Virus record (IMG/VR): IMGVR_UViG_2541047786_000002
Coordinates: 1-48,976 of that record
Length of the DNA stretch: 48,976 bases
Strand: one strand, 5' to 3'
From: a virus
Lineage: Duplodnaviria; Heunggongvirae; Uroviricota; Caudoviricetes
Position numbers and translations under genes: made by a program. Below the pieces are notes generated by a model, which was given only the letters and a program-made list of their open reading frames with translations, had not been told where the DNA came from and did no database searches. Of the stretch, positions 1 through 8,983 are shown piece after piece (within the stretch, counting starts at the first letter, position 1; the number at the start of each line of letters is the position of its first letter).

Positions 1-1131
1 TCAAATGACCAGTTTTTTCCATTCCTTACCGCGTGCGTCGTTGTAAATATCGGTCATTTTTTGATTCGAATGGCCCAGCAAAATTTTGGTATCAACCCCC
101 TGCTCTCTGAACAATCGCTCTGATAAAGATCTCTGCTCATGGAAAGAGGGTGGGGTGCCATTAGCACGCCAGTTGTAATCCACAGAATCCCGGGCTTTTT
201 TAAATGCAACGGTTAATGTTGCTGGCTTAACCATCCCGCCGCGCTTAGCTGTCCCTTTCGCGTGATGGTGGTGCAATAGCCACGGACTAAGAACGCAATC
301 GCGGCAGGATGACACCACATCATCTAGGGTGAGATTTAATTTATCGCAACGCAGAGCCAGAGGGATGGCAATCCGGGTTCCTGTTTTTTGCTGTTCGACA
401 TGAAGATAACCATCCCGGATATCCGAAAATTGCATTTTGCAAATATCTGAAAGGCGCTGGCCTGTCATCAGTGCCAGCAGCATACCGCGCTGTAAAAAGT
501 AACCATCCTTTTCCGCTGCGTTATAAATCATCATCCACTCATCAAAAGTCAGTCGCTGTCTTGATATCCGCACCTGCGGTTTTTTTGCCGATTCTGCAGG
601 GTTAAAGCCTGGCGGGACATCGCCCGTTTGCTGAGCTTCCCGGAAAATATCGATCAGTACTTTCCTGAAAATTTGTCCCATTCTGTTATGTCCTCTGGCC
701 TTGTACTCTTCCAGTACTGATACCACATCTTTTACGGTTATGGCATCTAACGGTCTGGTGCCAAAACGTTCATCAAATACCCTGAGAGGGGCCGCTTTCT
801 GTTTCAGCGTGTTGAGTTTGATCTCGCCGTTTTCATATCTTTCCTGTTGAATTTTTCTGTAATTATTCAGAAAAATGGTAACGGTTGATGAACCGCCGGT
901 ATCACTAATAATTTTCTCCTGCAGACTGAGCATTTGTTCCATTTGCTGCCGGGCAAGACGGCTGTTCGCTTCTGCTGCAATAGTTTCTGCCAGTTTCTGG
1001 TCAATACTGCCGAGACCGTGATTTTTGCCTGTTATGGGATGCCTGTAACGCCAGTAAACTTTGTTATTTCTTTTGTCAAAATACGGAGATAATCCCGGAA
1101 CATCGGTTTTATATTTTCGCGGGCGCGCCAT
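1..1131 (-). CDS. int: Tyrosine integrase (lambda Int family)
   Basis: 376-aa ORF; C-terminal tyrosine-recombinase motifs (HEQRSLSERL ... LLGHSNQKMTDIY); overlaps the upstream xis-like ORF by 23 nt as in lambda. Confidence 0.9.
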   Translation of the reverse strand: MARPRKYKTDVPGLSPYFDKRNNKVYWRYRHPITGKNHGLGSIDQKLAETIAAEANSRLARQQMEQMLSLQEKIISDTGGSSTVTIFLNNYRKIQQERYENGEIKLNTLKQKAAPLRVFDERFGTRPLDAITVKDVVSVLEEYKARGHNRMGQIFRKVLIDIFREAQQTGDVPPGFNPAESAKKPQVRISRQRLTFDEWMMIYNAAEKDGYFLQRGMLLALMTGQRLSDICKMQFSDIRDGYLHVEQQKTGTRIAIPLALRCDKLNLTLDDVVSSCRDCVLSPWLLHHHHAKGTAKRGGMVKPATLTVAFKKARDSVDYNWRANGTPPSFHEQRSLSERLFREQGVDTKILLGHSNQKMTDIYNDARGKEWKKLVI

Positions 1132-1357
1132 CTTCCAGTATCCTCTTCAAAGCAGGGTGATCTGTGGCGATCACCTCCGGCTTGTTTACCATTCCGACAA
1201 AGCGAGCTTGCGGATCCACTCGCCAGCGTCTTCCAACTTTTTTGGGGAGAGGAAATATCATTCCGGCTTTAGCGTATTTACTTAACGTACTCGGAGTAGG
1301 GACCGGTTCACTGAATTCCTCTTTTGCCCACTCAGTGAGCAGAATAAGTCTTGCCAT
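1109..1357 (-). CDS. xis: Excisionase (Xis-like)
   Basis: 82-aa basic ORF directly upstream of and overlapping int; segment LLTEWAKEEF...IFPLPKKVGRRWRV resembles the lambda Xis winged-helix region (recalled). Confidence 0.6.
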   Translation of the reverse strand: MARLILLTEWAKEEFSEPVPTPSTLSKYAKAGMIFPLPKKVGRRWRVDPQARFVGMVNKPEVIATDHPALKRILEDGAPAKI

Positions 1358-1421
1358 GAGCGTCGTTCGCTAATCATGGTCGCCGCCACTATAGCTGGTG
1401 GGCAACGACCGGGGTTGAACA

Positions 1422-3893
1422 TTAAAAATCAGCCTGATTTGGGATCAGTTTTTGCCAGATAGCTGAAACGTATTTTGCCTGGTAACGGGCGTCATCAAGT
1501 GCATTATGGCGCTCACCTTCGAATGGAATAGCCGTTCTGGCATCGAAGTCTATGGCTTTCCCCAGCTCAACGATTGTGCGTACATCGCGATCGTTGTAGT
1601 AACGCCACGGGCAGGGGATCCCCTGCCGTTCGTATGAACGGCGCAAAATCGTGTTGTCGAAGTTGGCTCCATTTCCCCAAACCTGAACAAAAAATTCACC
1701 GGAGTTTTCGTCGATAAATTCCCGCAATTGTAACAGTGCATCATCTAACGGGATTTCATCGGTCATAATGGCAGATTGCGCTTCGCGTGATTGCTTAAGC
1801 CACCATTTAATGGTGTCCCGATCAATGACTCCGCCAGCAGTTTCCAGATCGATAGTCTTACTAAATTCCGGTCCCATATCTCCGGTTTGCGGATCGAAAA
1901 ATATTGCACCTATTGAGATGATCGGGGCATCAGGATTTTTTCCCATGGTTTCAAGGTCGATCATTAGATGGTCACACGTCCTGCTGGTGGATGTGATTTC
2001 GTGATGACCGTTCACCTTAATTGAGCGATCTGCCGTCTCGCCAGTTTCATTATCGCTATCGTGATGCTGATTGCCGCCAGTGTTCTCCTTGTGTGGATGT
2101 TCAGCGCCTTCCATTTCCTCCGGATCATCTTCCTGAACTTCAACCTGATACTCTTCATCGAATGTTTCCTGGTATGTTGCGTCGCCCATCACCGCGCCAC
2201 AATCAGGGCAGTTGCCGCCGCCGGTCTGACCGCAGGCGGTGCAGACTTTTTCCACTTCCTGTTGCGCCACTGGTTCAGGCTGTTTCGTTTCTGGCTCGTT
2301 TTGTAACGCATTTGGGCTGTTTTGTTCCGCTTTTTGGTAGTTCCGTTCCGATTCATGCTGGTTCTGGTTCACAGAATCGCGGGTCTGGATCCCCTTAACC
2401 CATTTCGGATCATTCGGGTCACTAATCCCTTCAACAAATTCACCACGTGATGCAGCAAGCAACTTATCGGCGTCAGGCTGGCTGATATTGGCTGCCTGCA
2501 TAATTTTGTTTACTTCGTCAGCGGTAACTTTTATCGGCTCTGGTTGTTCTGAATCTTCAGCGGTATCTACATTTTGCGGTAAGCCCGTGTATGTGCCATT
2601 TTTTCGGGCAAAATATTCTTCTTTTGTGATTTCAGTGGCGCCAGCAGCCAGTGCCTTATCCAGACCAGAAAGTTTGTTTGCGCGACCGCATTTTTCTCCG
2701 TCCTTATCTGCGAAGAGGAAATAGAACGGCCCCTCACGCTCTACAGATGGTTCAGCTTCCGGCGCGGTTTCATTTTTTGGGATATCAGATACCTCAGTTT
2801 CCACTGCATCAGTTTGTGTTTCTGATGACTGGAGAACATCAACAGTGCCCAGGTCTGTTTCTTCATTCTCAAACACGCCCTTTGTCGTCAGGTATTCGCA
2901 GATATATTTGTTCAGTGCTATGGGATCTTTGTGAATGTCGATCGGACGCTCACGGACAAGGCCAAAAATAGTTTGGCGGTCGTAGCGAAGGGCATCAGGC
3001 TGTTTGCGCATTGATGCCGAGATACGCTTCCAGTCTTCGCGGTCGTTGTCGATAACTTCATTTTTTGCCCAGCGATGGATGCTGCCGTCAATGTTTCCGG
3101 CATCCACATCACCAGGCCAGAGAGCGTAGGCCAGTTCGTCATCCAGTGTTTTCCATGTCTGCTTGTATTCGCGATGAATGGCAGCAATGACCGGGCTGAT
3201 TTTTCCTGTTGAATTTTCACTGTGCTGTTGATTGGTTCTGGCGCGGGCGAGATCAATAACAGACGTGTATTTTCCGGTTTCCTTGCGTTCACCTTCGCGA
3301 CGTTTTTTCCAGATGCGCATCTCTGCCTGAATTTCGGGCCATTTGGCACCAGGCTTACATTTATGCTTAACCCACCCGATGGCATGCAGCTTAAGCTCCG
3401 GATACATGGCGTTAACTTCTGGCATTTTCATCAACGCTTCAACGATATGTCCGTCGAATGTTGCCATGTCTTCCTGCAACAATTCCTGTGCGCTAATAAC
3501 CATATCAACGGTGATGTTTTCACATGTGTCGAACTTAACCATGACAGCGTTCTGTACTTCAGGGGCCAGCTTGTCAAAAGTGACGTTCATCGGATCTGAT
3601 TCAGTCTCAACCGGGACAAAGGAAGCAGACTCCTCATCCCAGCGGTTTTCCTGCATATATTCAGCATCCCATGAATCGAGGGCAGGGCGGGGTATGCCAG
3701 GTTTATCCTCGCAGACAATAAATTTATAAGCGCAGTCCTGAGCAGCCGGATAATGTTCCAGGAATTGCCAGTGAAATTTTGCTCGAGCACGGCGTTCGTC
3801 GCCAGCTTCAATGGCTGTGGCTACAGCCACAGCGCCTTCTTCCCTTGTTGCCAGTTCGTCAGGAATAGCAGCGCAAATAAAGACCTTACTCAT
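1422..3893 (-). CDS. Large prophage exonuclease with C-terminal DnaQ-like DEDDh 3'-5' exonuclease domain (Exo VIII-like; full-length counterpart of the truncated Qin ydfE)
   Basis: 823-aa ORF; C-terminal motifs DLETMG ... WGNGANFD ... HNALDDA typical of DEDDh exonucleases; position between xis and the dicB operon. Confidence 0.75.
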   Translation of the reverse strand: MSKVFICAAIPDELATREEGAVAVATAIEAGDERRARAKFHWQFLEHYPAAQDCAYKFIVCEDKPGIPRPALDSWDAEYMQENRWDEESASFVPVETESDPMNVTFDKLAPEVQNAVMVKFDTCENITVDMVISAQELLQEDMATFDGHIVEALMKMPEVNAMYPELKLHAIGWVKHKCKPGAKWPEIQAEMRIWKKRREGERKETGKYTSVIDLARARTNQQHSENSTGKISPVIAAIHREYKQTWKTLDDELAYALWPGDVDAGNIDGSIHRWAKNEVIDNDREDWKRISASMRKQPDALRYDRQTIFGLVRERPIDIHKDPIALNKYICEYLTTKGVFENEETDLGTVDVLQSSETQTDAVETEVSDIPKNETAPEAEPSVEREGPFYFLFADKDGEKCGRANKLSGLDKALAAGATEITKEEYFARKNGTYTGLPQNVDTAEDSEQPEPIKVTADEVNKIMQAANISQPDADKLLAASRGEFVEGISDPNDPKWVKGIQTRDSVNQNQHESERNYQKAEQNSPNALQNEPETKQPEPVAQQEVEKVCTACGQTGGGNCPDCGAVMGDATYQETFDEEYQVEVQEDDPEEMEGAEHPHKENTGGNQHHDSDNETGETADRSIKVNGHHEITSTSRTCDHLMIDLETMGKNPDAPIISIGAIFFDPQTGDMGPEFSKTIDLETAGGVIDRDTIKWWLKQSREAQSAIMTDEIPLDDALLQLREFIDENSGEFFVQVWGNGANFDNTILRRSYERQGIPCPWRYYNDRDVRTIVELGKAIDFDARTAIPFEGERHNALDDARYQAKYVSAIWQKLIPNQADF

Positions 3894-3988
3894 TTTGTTT
3901 TAACCTCATTACAGATTTCAGGGTGAACGAATCCCTGCCATTGCTGGCATTTTTAATCCGTTGGTATGGTGTTAATATGGCTGGAGGG

Positions 3989-4177
3989 TTATCCAGCCGG
4001 TGTTTCGTTATTCAGGTACAGCGATACTTTTTTTAGCGGGAGGCATTCACCAGAAATTTTTTGCTCGTCTCTTGCCTGGAGGCAGGATTCTTTACTTGCA
4101 TAAATTCCGGTAATCACATTCTGTGATTCACCCGTTATAAGAAAAACCGTCATCATCAGTGCAAATGCTGAAGTCAT
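3989..4177 (-). CDS. ydfD: YdfD-like small membrane lysis protein
   Basis: 62-aa ORF with N-terminal hydrophobic segment, immediately downstream of dicB with ATGA start/stop overlap; resembles Qin YdfD (recalled). Confidence 0.65.
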   Translation of the reverse strand: MTSAFALMMTVFLITGESQNVITGIYASKESCLQARDEQKISGECLPLKKVSLYLNNETPAG

Positions 4178-4362
4178 TGACGTTCTCCGAAAATACCAAG
4201 TTCAAGAAGAGCAATTCGGGAAAGTATGGAATTATCATTGAGCAGATAAGGCTCATATTTCCTCATATTAATGGCATCTTCAGTAAACTCCCGGTTACTG
4301 AGCAGAACACCAATATCAAAACAACCTTCAGACGTATTAACGTTTGGTAATAACGTTTCCAT
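4174..4362 (-). CDS. dicB: Cell-division inhibitor DicB
   Basis: Internal start of track ORF 4174..4467 gives METLLPNVNTSEGCFDIGVLLSNREFTEDAINMRK..., closely matching the N-terminus of E. coli DicB (MKTLLPNVNTSEGCFEIGV..., recalled); 62 aa. Confidence 0.85.
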   Translation of the reverse strand: METLLPNVNTSEGCFDIGVLLSNREFTEDAINMRKYEPYLLNDNSILSRIALLELGIFGERQ

Positions 4363-4531
4363 TATCGCGTCCTCAACAATGAATTTTGTGATGCGGTGCC
4401 TGGTGCCTCCAGGTGACGTTAACCAGTTAACAATTAACGCCGGATACAGAGAATCCACCCATAACACTGTTTTTGGTTTTAACTGTTCCGCGTGCGCTCA
4501 GCCGCATTCACCACATCACAAAATTCACTTT

Positions 4532-4588
4532 AAAAAGGGCGGCAGAGCAGTCACGGAGTAAAACTGATACCGCCAAACGTCACCAGAA
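4532..4588 (-). ncRNA. dicF: DicF small regulatory RNA (ftsZ-targeting sRNA of dicB operons)
   Basis: Reverse complement reads TTTCTGGTGACGTTTGGCGGTATCAGTTTTACTCCGTGACTGCTCTGCCGCCCTTTTT, matching recalled E. coli DicF; lies just upstream of dicB on the same strand, as in Qin. Confidence 0.8.
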
Positions 4589-4925
4589 AATTGATAACAG
4601 AGGGCGTTGCAGCGGGGTTGTCACTTAAGCGTATGGTCAACCTGACAACCCGGTGTCCTCAGCGGGGAAGGAATAACCCCGCCATACTTACCGCCGCGCC
4701 ATTTCGCGGATTGCCACAACCGGAAGCGCACGGTCGAACTAAATTTAACGACACCGTACAGAGAGACCAATTTCGCCGTGCGCTTTCGCGTTATGCCCTG
4801 ACTTTTCAGGGACATATCCTTTCAGTAAACTGTCAGTGCCGGATTCTTATCCGTGTCCGGCGCACGACCACACGCTGTCACGAGAGGTCTCCATTCTCAA
4901 CCAGTAACCTCAATGGAGGATAAAA

Positions 4926-5119
4926 TGTCAGAGCAGGAGTTAAAACTTGGTGCATGTTATTGTGTTCTCAAGGAGCTGGTACACATGCTTCCATCTACTC
5001 AGTATCAACAGTTAGTTGGCAATTTAAATCAGCGAATCGAAGCTATGTTAAAATCTGATGGTTTTAATAACGTAGAAACGCTGATGCTAAAAAGATATCT
5101 TGATGGATTAATCAGATAA
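4926..5119 (+). CDS. Hypothetical 64-aa protein, antisense to the early-left operon
   Basis: ATG preceded by GGAGG at about -8; no recognisable family; may be spurious. Confidence 0.25.
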
Positions 5120-5458
5120 CATTTTTTTACGGCGTTCATATTCGTTAATATTTATGAAGCCTGTTGCCAGAAGCAGTTCGTTAATTTCATGGTTGTTTGG
5201 CTGTTTCTGGCTCTTTGAGCTGGGATCTTCCACTTCTTTTTCTGCAAATTGTTTTGCTGTATCCTCTGTGCCATGGATATTTAAAGCTGTATCTGAAAAC
5301 AGCCCAGTAAACGCATCGCGCACATTACGAGCCATATTATCAGTGTCTTTTTTTGTTACCGATTCCAATTCAAGTTCGTTCAGACGATGACGAAGTGTGT
5401 GTGCTGCAATCTCCTGGATTGAAGGAGGTAAATCTTTAAATTCCATCGTCAACCTCAT
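5108..5458 (-). CDS. Hypothetical early-left operon protein (116 aa; alternative start at MEFKDL)
   Basis: ORF coupled to the upstream gene by a TGATG overlap; acidic, Lys-rich; no family recognised. Confidence 0.5.
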   Translation of the reverse strand: MRLTMEFKDLPPSIQEIAAHTLRHRLNELELESVTKKDTDNMARNVRDAFTGLFSDTALNIHGTEDTAKQFAEKEVEDPSSKSQKQPNNHEINELLLATGFININEYERRKKMLSD

Positions 5459-5691
5459 CAGTCAGTGTTTCTTGCTAACCAGCGATGCGCGCCAGCTGCG
5501 GTTTTAAACGTTTTACTTTTGGTATACGTCATCGCGGTGAAGGTGCCGTCCTGGTTAGGGAACACACCGCATACCAGAGATTCGTTGTTGCCAAGATCGA
5601 TAGTATCCATGCTGACCTCATTTCCCCTTAACGCCGGGGTAGCGGAACAAAAACCTGCTGCATAGTTATTAAAGTTGAACCCTGCCGTCAT
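5458..5691 (-). CDS. Hypothetical early-left operon protein (77 aa), first gene after the repressor
   Basis: ORF in the position of the first PL-operon gene; no family recognised. Confidence 0.5.
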   Translation of the reverse strand: MTAGFNFNNYAAGFCSATPALRGNEVSMDTIDLGNNESLVCGVFPNQDGTFTAMTYTKSKTFKTAAGAHRWLARNTD

Positions 5692-5902
5692 GTTCTTACG
5701 CCTCGGGCTGGCTACTTAACCCCTGACCACTGCCTGGTAACTCGAAGTATTGCCCTGCATTCTGTGGGGTGGGGAGAGGGAATGAATGAAGTTTAGAAAA
5801 ATGAACTTTTCAGGTCAATGTTTTTTTATCAAAACATTTTAAGCAGGCAGTTGTTAAGCCATCACCACGATGGCATACAGTTAATCAAATAAATGAGGTC
5901 GG

Positions 5903-6541
5903 TTAAATATCTTGTTGAATTTTAAAGCATACGCCCAATATGCAAGATAGATCATCCAGCATAATTGAAGGGTAGCGAGGATTCGTGGGGACTAAAAGAA
6001 TATCCGGCCCTTCTATCTCCAGTTTACGAATGACAGGTGTTGTGGTCCCTTTGGGTAAGGCAAGGACAATATTTCCCGGTTGTACGGTTCGATCGGGATC
6101 AACAAAAACTGTTGAACCATTTGGGATGGAAACTCCCCCACCAGATGTTGACATACTGTCACTCTCTAGAACAACTGCAAAGGTATTGGCCGGGATTTCT
6201 CCGACAAGCTGCACACAAGAGGTTATTGAGGAATTTTTCATATAATCACTCCAGCTTGCTGCCTGCTGAAGTGATAGTAGCGGAACCGTTTTTATCGGCG
6301 GTAAAGATAGATCAAGCGAATCACCTGTATTTAACTCTCCTCCATTAAGAAGCCAATTTTCGTTTACTTTCAATATGTTTGCCAGTGAACTTATGTAACG
6401 CGAGGACGGCGCTCCTCCACCGTTCATCCATTGACTTACGGAGCCTTTTGATGCGCCAGTGGCATTGACAAGGTCTTTGCCTTTCAGGTTTAGCGCATGC
6501 ATACGTTGGGTTATGCGTTCAGATATTGTTTGCTTGCTCAT
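5903..6541 (-). CDS. CI-like prophage repressor (HTH_XRE N-terminus plus S24 LexA-like self-cleaving peptidase domain)
   Basis: 212 aa; N-terminal HTH (KGKDLVNATGASKGSVSQWMNG); C-terminal S24-like segment (VVLESDSM ... IVLALPKG ... RKLEI); divergent from the cro-like gene. Confidence 0.85.
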   Translation of the reverse strand: MSKQTISERITQRMHALNLKGKDLVNATGASKGSVSQWMNGGGAPSSRYISSLANILKVNENWLLNGGELNTGDSLDLSLPPIKTVPLLSLQQAASWSDYMKNSSITSCVQLVGEIPANTFAVVLESDSMSTSGGGVSIPNGSTVFVDPDRTVQPGNIVLALPKGTTTPVIRKLEIEGPDILLVPTNPRYPSIMLDDLSCILGVCFKIQQDI

Positions 6542-6632
6542 GTTTTGATTTTAAAACACAGATGGTTTTGTTTCTTGACTTTCTTTGGTTTTGATTATTA
6601 AACTTTTGGCGTTCAGTTTTATGGAGCGACTC
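6542..6632. promoter_or_regulatory. Divergent immunity-region promoter/operator interval (PRM/PR analogue)
   Basis: 91-bp AT-rich gap between divergent repressor and cro-like genes; contains TTTTAAAA palindrome and repeated GGTTTTG motifs; operator sites not resolved. Confidence 0.4.
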
Positions 6633-6875
6633 ATGAAAAAATCAGAAGTATTAGGCTATTTTGGCGGAGTTGTTAAAACAGCCGCAGCTCTAGGAACGTC
6701 AAAAACCACAGTCAGCATGTGGGGGGAAGAGGTTCCGTGGAAATGGGCGTTGCTAATTCAGGCAGTCACTGCCGGGGCGCTCAAATATGAGTTACACATA
6801 CCGACGGTTGTCATTCCCGGTTCAGATCATAATCCGCCTTCTAACCAAGGGGGGATTCATGAAAATCAAGCATGA
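6633..6875 (+). CDS. Cro-like HTH regulator (YdaS-like)
   Basis: Start at ATG 6633 preceded by GGAG; 80 aa with HTH-like segment (TAAALGTSKTTVSMW); divergent from the repressor. Confidence 0.6.
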   Translation: MKKSEVLGYFGGVVKTAAALGTSKTTVSMWGEEVPWKWALLIQAVTAGALKYELHIPTVVIPGSDHNPPSNQGGIHENQA

Positions 6876-7284
6876 ACACATCCGCATGGCGATGAATGCC
6901 TGGGCGCGTCCTGATGGCGAAAAAGTTCCGGCAGCTGGAATAACCCAGGCTTATTTTGAGTTGGGTATGACGTTTCCTGAACTGTACGACGACAGCCATC
7001 CGGAAGCCCTGGCCCGTAATACCCAGAAAATTTTCCGTTGGCTGGATAAAGACACCCCTGATGCTGTTGAAAAAATGCAGGCTCTGTTACCGGCGATCGA
7101 AAAGGCGATGCCGCCTTTGCTGGTGGCCCGTATGCGCAGCCACAGTTCTGAATATTACCGTGAGATCGTCGAACGGAGGGATCGGCTGGTGAAGGATGTC
7201 GATGATTTTGTTGCGTCAGCGGTTGTTTTGTATGACCAGATGAATCGCGGCGGCCCGGCAGGGAATGCTGTGGTGATGCACTAA
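6859..7284 (+). CDS. YdaT-like regulator (CII-analogue of Rac-type immunity regions)
   Basis: Start at ATG 6859 (SD AAGGGGGG); N-terminus MKIKHEHI matches recalled Rac YdaT N-terminus; 141 aa; overlaps cro-like gene end. Confidence 0.6.
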   Translation: MKIKHEHIRMAMNAWARPDGEKVPAAGITQAYFELGMTFPELYDDSHPEALARNTQKIFRWLDKDTPDAVEKMQALLPAIEKAMPPLLVARMRSHSSEYYREIVERRDRLVKDVDDFVASAVVLYDQMNRGGPAGNAVVMH

Positions 7285-7306
7285 AAGCACGGTGTTCGGG
7301 GGTTTT

Positions 7307-8269
7307 ATGAGCAGCAAGCTTCATGGTCTTGTCTGGGAAGGGTGCGCCTTCACCGGCATGATCTTATCCAGGGTGGCGGTTATGGCCCGTCTTGCAGACT
7401 ACAGCAATGACGAGGGCGTGTCATGGCCTGCCATTGAAACTATCCGGCGTCAGATCGGTGCAAGAAGTGAATCCACAGTGAAATCGGCTATTGCAGAACT
7501 GGCGAAAGAGGGCTGGCTGACGAAGGAAGAGCGTAAGGTCGGTGGGCGTAATGTAAGCAATATCTATCGGCTTAATGTGGAAAAACTCGAAGCAGCTGCG
7601 GCGGCGGCGCGTGAGTCATATAAACCGAAAAGAAAAATTAGCCCGGCAAAAAATGACCCGTTAACAGTTGACCCGTCAAATATTGACCCCTCAACGGTTG
7701 ACCCGTCAAATTTTGATGGATCAACCGTTGATAAAAAACTGCCGATTAGGGGGGCGATGATTGACCCCGATCCGTCAGTATTAAAACCTGATCCGTCAGA
7801 TAAAAGATCTTCTTGTCCGGACGCTTCGCAACCGGACCCGCAGACGGCTGAACAGGATTTTTTAACCCGACACCCTGACGCGGTTGTGTTCAGTGCGAAA
7901 AAACGCCAGTGGGGAAGTCAGGAAGATTTGGTGTGCGCACAGTGGATCTGGGGACGAATCGTGAGTCTTTACGAGCAGGCGGCCAGCGATGATGGCGAGA
8001 TCACTAGACCGAAAGAACCCAACTGGACAGCATGGGCCAATGACGTTCGCACAATGCGGATGCTGGATGGCAGAACTCACAGACAAATTTGTGAAATGTT
8101 TGGGCGTCTCCAGCGGGATTCGTTCTGGGTAAAAAACATCATGAGTCCGGCAAAACTCCGGGAAAAATGGGATGAACTGGTTATCCGCCTGGGGCGTTCG
8201 CCTGCGCAGCGTTGCGTGAATCACATTTCTGAACCGGACACTGAAATTCCGCCGGGCTTCAGGGGGTAA
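7307..8269 (+). CDS. Replication initiation protein (lambda O-like N-terminal winged-helix domain; origin embedded in its linker)
   Basis: HTH replication-protein-like N-terminus (VSWPAIETIRRQIGARSESTVKSAIAELAKEGWL); repeated DPS(T/N)(V/I)D linker encoded by iterons; SD GGGGG upstream of ATG 7307. Confidence 0.7.
   Translation: MSSKLHGLVWEGCAFTGMILSRVAVMARLADYSNDEGVSWPAIETIRRQIGARSESTVKSAIAELAKEGWLTKEERKVGGRNVSNIYRLNVEKLEAAAAAARESYKPKRKISPAKNDPLTVDPSNIDPSTVDPSNFDGSTVDKKLPIRGAMIDPDPSVLKPDPSDKRSSCPDASQPDPQTAEQDFLTRHPDAVVFSAKKRQWGSQEDLVCAQWIWGRIVSLYEQAASDDGEITRPKEPNWTAWANDVRTMRMLDGRTHRQICEMFGRLQRDSFWVKNIMSPAKLREKWDELVIRLGRSPAQRCVNHISEPDTEIPPGFRG
7653..7740 (+). repeat. Iteron array (candidate origin of replication) inside the replication gene
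   Basis: At least four copies of about 14-bp dyad-symmetric motif TTGACCC(G/C)TCAA(A) at roughly 14-15 bp spacing (7653, 7667, 7683, 7697), followed by an AT-rich stretch GATAAAAAACT. Confidence 0.55.
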
Positions 8270-8309
8270 GTGTTAATTTCTGGTCATGAGGTAATTTTCA
8301 GGAGGGCTT

Positions 8310-8732
8310 GTGGCAAAAGTTTTTACACAAGAAGAGCGGGAAAAAATTAAAGGGCTGATCGTGGAATTCGTACGCCTTAACGGACGAGGCACGATTCGGC
8401 AGTTATCGGATGAAATTGGTGTCAGTCATACGTCTGTCGGTCGTTTATGCATGGAGCTGGCCGCCAGTGGTGATGTTTACAATTCCGGTTACGGAGTATT
8501 CCCGTCTGAGCAGGCGCGCAAGGACTGGCAAAACGCCCGCAAAAAACTCTCAAGGGCAAAGCTGAAGAAACCATCTGTGGTTGATCCGGACCTTATCTGG
8601 CTATTACCTGACGGAGAAATACGTCGCTACGACAGGCGTCAGAACATAATCTGTCGCGAGTGCCGGAAGAGCGAAGTTATGCAGCGCGTACTGGCGTTTT
8701 ATCAGGGGAATTTTGAGGAGGTGGTGCGGTGA
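8310..8732 (+). CDS. Hypothetical protein (140 aa), downstream of the replication gene
   Basis: ORF with SD; stop overlaps the next ORF start; no family recognised. Confidence 0.5.
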   Translation: MAKVFTQEEREKIKGLIVEFVRLNGRGTIRQLSDEIGVSHTSVGRLCMELAASGDVYNSGYGVFPSEQARKDWQNARKKLSRAKLKKPSVVDPDLIWLLPDGEIRRYDRRQNIICRECRKSEVMQRVLAFYQGNFEEVVR

Positions 8733-8983
8733 GTGAATCAAAATGCCAGGTTAATGGCAACAAGATAGAACCATGTGCAGCACTGGCAAAGTCCCTTGAG
8801 CATGATGCTGAATACACGATGCGAAAAGGTCTGCTGATATACAAAATCTGGAATGAGAGTTTAACTCGCGGTCCTGATTTTGTGATGTTGCGTTCCGGTG
8901 AATTTTCTAAATTACCAGTTCGGGTTTCATTTTGTCCGTTCTGTGGTGAAAGTCTGAAAACGTGGGAGAACAGAAATGAATGA
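8729..8983 (+). CDS. Hypothetical zinc-ribbon protein (nin-region-like)
   Basis: 84 aa with C-terminal CPFCG motif; translationally coupled to neighbours. Confidence 0.45.
   Translation: MSESKCQVNGNKIEPCAALAKSLEHDAEYTMRKGLLIYKIWNESLTRGPDFVMLRSGEFSKLPVRVSFCPFCGESLKTWENRNE

Noticed and set aside
4470-4925. Retron-like ncRNA (msr/msd) suggested by the ORF-poor region with direct and inverted repeats
   Set aside because: No reverse transcriptase gene nearby; the region is better explained as the dicB-operon leader containing DicF.
6787-6858. N-terminal extension of the YdaT-like ORF (track start 6787), and likewise the 6585 start of the cro-like ORF and the 38699 start of K
   Set aside because: Downstream ATGs with proper SD or coupling (6859, 6633, 38960) give proteins of the expected length; the extensions overlap upstream genes.
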